A stretch of DNA of 64,000 nucleotides from an uncultured Nitrososphaerota archaeon (GTDB lineage: Archaea; Thermoproteota; Nitrososphaeria; Nitrososphaerales; CADDZS01). The stretch is from positions 320,001 through 384,000 of the forward strand of contig CAWCYI010000006.1 in NCBI GenBank assembly GCA_963799845.1, written 5' to 3'. The number at the start of each line of letters is the position of its first letter. Position 1 is the first letter of the stretch. This document shows positions 63,002-64,000 of the stretch, in pieces. A program made the position numbers and the translations under genes. The notes under the pieces are model-generated. The model ran no database searches. It saw only the letters and a list, made by a program, of their open reading frames with translations, and was not told where the DNA came from.

Positions 63002-63621
63002 TTTCCTTTCTTGATCGTCGAAATCTTTTCCCTCAGCTGTTCGCACATCAGGTGCGTCAGTACGAGATGCATCCCCTCGACGTGGGGAGTGGATTCAGCC
63101 GGCACGACGATGCAGGCGTCTGACGCCGTTTTGAGTACACCGCCATCGAATCCGGCGAGCCCGACAATCCTGCCGCCGTGATCCTTCGCGTATTTCACAG
63201 CTTTCAATAGATTCTGCGACCAGGGCCCTGCCTTGTCGCTGCCTGAACCGCCGTGGACGCTTATCACGACCAAGATGTCTCCCCTCCTGAAAAAATTGCG
63301 AAGCTGCTCGGAGTACACGTCTCCCCATCCGTTGTCATTTGTGAGAGCGCTGACCAGCGGGATATTGTCCACAAGCGCAAATGCGCGAAACTTTCGCTCT
63401 GCGTTGTCCGAAACCCACTTGTTCAGGTCGCACGCAAAGTGAGTCGCAGTTGAGGCCGAGCCGCCGTTTCCGATGATAAAAATCTGGTTGTCGTTCTTCC
63501 AGACATCGTAAAAGATCTCGATTGCTTTATCGATCACTTTTCTATCCAGATCTCCCGCAATGTCGGCGACCTCGAGGAGGTATCCGTCGGTCCGAGTCGT
63601 ACTCAATTCGACCCAATTCAT
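62995..63621 (-). CDS. gmhA: Phosphoheptose isomerase (SIS)
   Basis: GNGGSASTATHFACD, ALTND, GFDGG, HVEGMH..LTH. Confidence 0.85.
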   Translation of the reverse strand: MNWVELSTTRTDGYLLEVADIAGDLDRKVIDKAIEIFYDVWKNDNQIFIIGNGGSASTATHFACDLNKWVSDNAERKFRAFALVDNIPLVSALTNDNGWGDVYSEQLRNFFRRGDILVVISVHGGSGSDKAGPWSQNLLKAVKYAKDHGGRIVGLAGFDGGVLKTASDACIVVPAESTPHVEGMHLVLTHLMCEQLREKISTIKKGNY

Positions 63622-63685
63622 TCCATCGAATGTTATTTAGCTTTCGAGGAGAGCACGCTTGCATTTTTTAGCTCGAAATTGTCGA

Positions 63686-63709
63686 ACAGAGCTTGAAACG
63701 AGCTCTTCG
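63686..63709. repeat. Dispersed AGCT-rich repeat copy 3
   Basis: AGAGCTTGAAACGAGCT (63688-63704) is identical to 19091-19107; the reverse complement of 63686-63709 nearly equals 19058-19081. Confidence 0.8.
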
Positions 63710-64000
63710 GTACGCAGAATTGCGCCCCCGTGTAGAACAGTGCAAAATTGGCATAATAAATCAATGATTATGAAACAATGACTTTGGGAAGCAAGGAGTC
63801 TACTCGGGTACACGAGATAGAGAGCAGGACCCAAAGGAACCGATGCCGAAAACCTGCGGAATCTTTTCTACTGGATTCGGCGAAACTTGAACTTAGACTG
63901 AGCTGAATTAAGTTTACGTAGATTTCCAGCCACAAGTTCTGGCTCAAATTCGTTAAATAACGTCCGAGGATCCAGTTGGTTAAACTTGATCATCTCAAGG

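Overview
Archaeal chromosomal DNA, most consistent with a non-ammonia-oxidising Nitrososphaerota (Thaumarchaeota) lineage. This assignment is inferred from aIF-1A, aIF-6, prefoldin, thermosome, SecE/Spt5/L11/L1/L10 with dtdA between ftsY and secE, a multi-intron tRNA, and frequent TTG starts. Core content is an Opp/Dpp ABC operon, a form-II CoxL-like molybdoenzyme, trpB2, carAB, the aIF6-pfdA-ftsY and secE-spt5-rpl11-rpl1-rpl10 clusters, thermosome plus a Phr-like regulator, dinB, tRNA-Leu(TAA), glycosyltransferases and a heptose cluster (gmhA/gmhB/hddC-like/transaldolase). Single-base indels break many genes, including essential ftsY and spt5, so most frameshifts are probably sequencing errors. 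An accessory hotspot (about 10.3-19.5 kb) holds a truncated TnpB, a MORC-like ATPase, a HEPN protein, an IS110/IS1111 element in a palindrome, and the most striking locus. There, a free-standing LAGLIDADG endonuclease lies between an orphaned 5' fragment of yyaL that ends exactly at the CHWC motif and a complete yyaL whose 5' end is synonymously recoded. This is a candidate splicing-free 'home-and-rescue' element. Other signals are a helically phased AGCT array with dispersed copies, an IS481 with a 14-bp target duplication, a possible nested tRNA intron, a degenerate att copy of the tRNA 3' end, a double-MazG/TIR-like fusion, and several unannotated small ORFs and gene relics.
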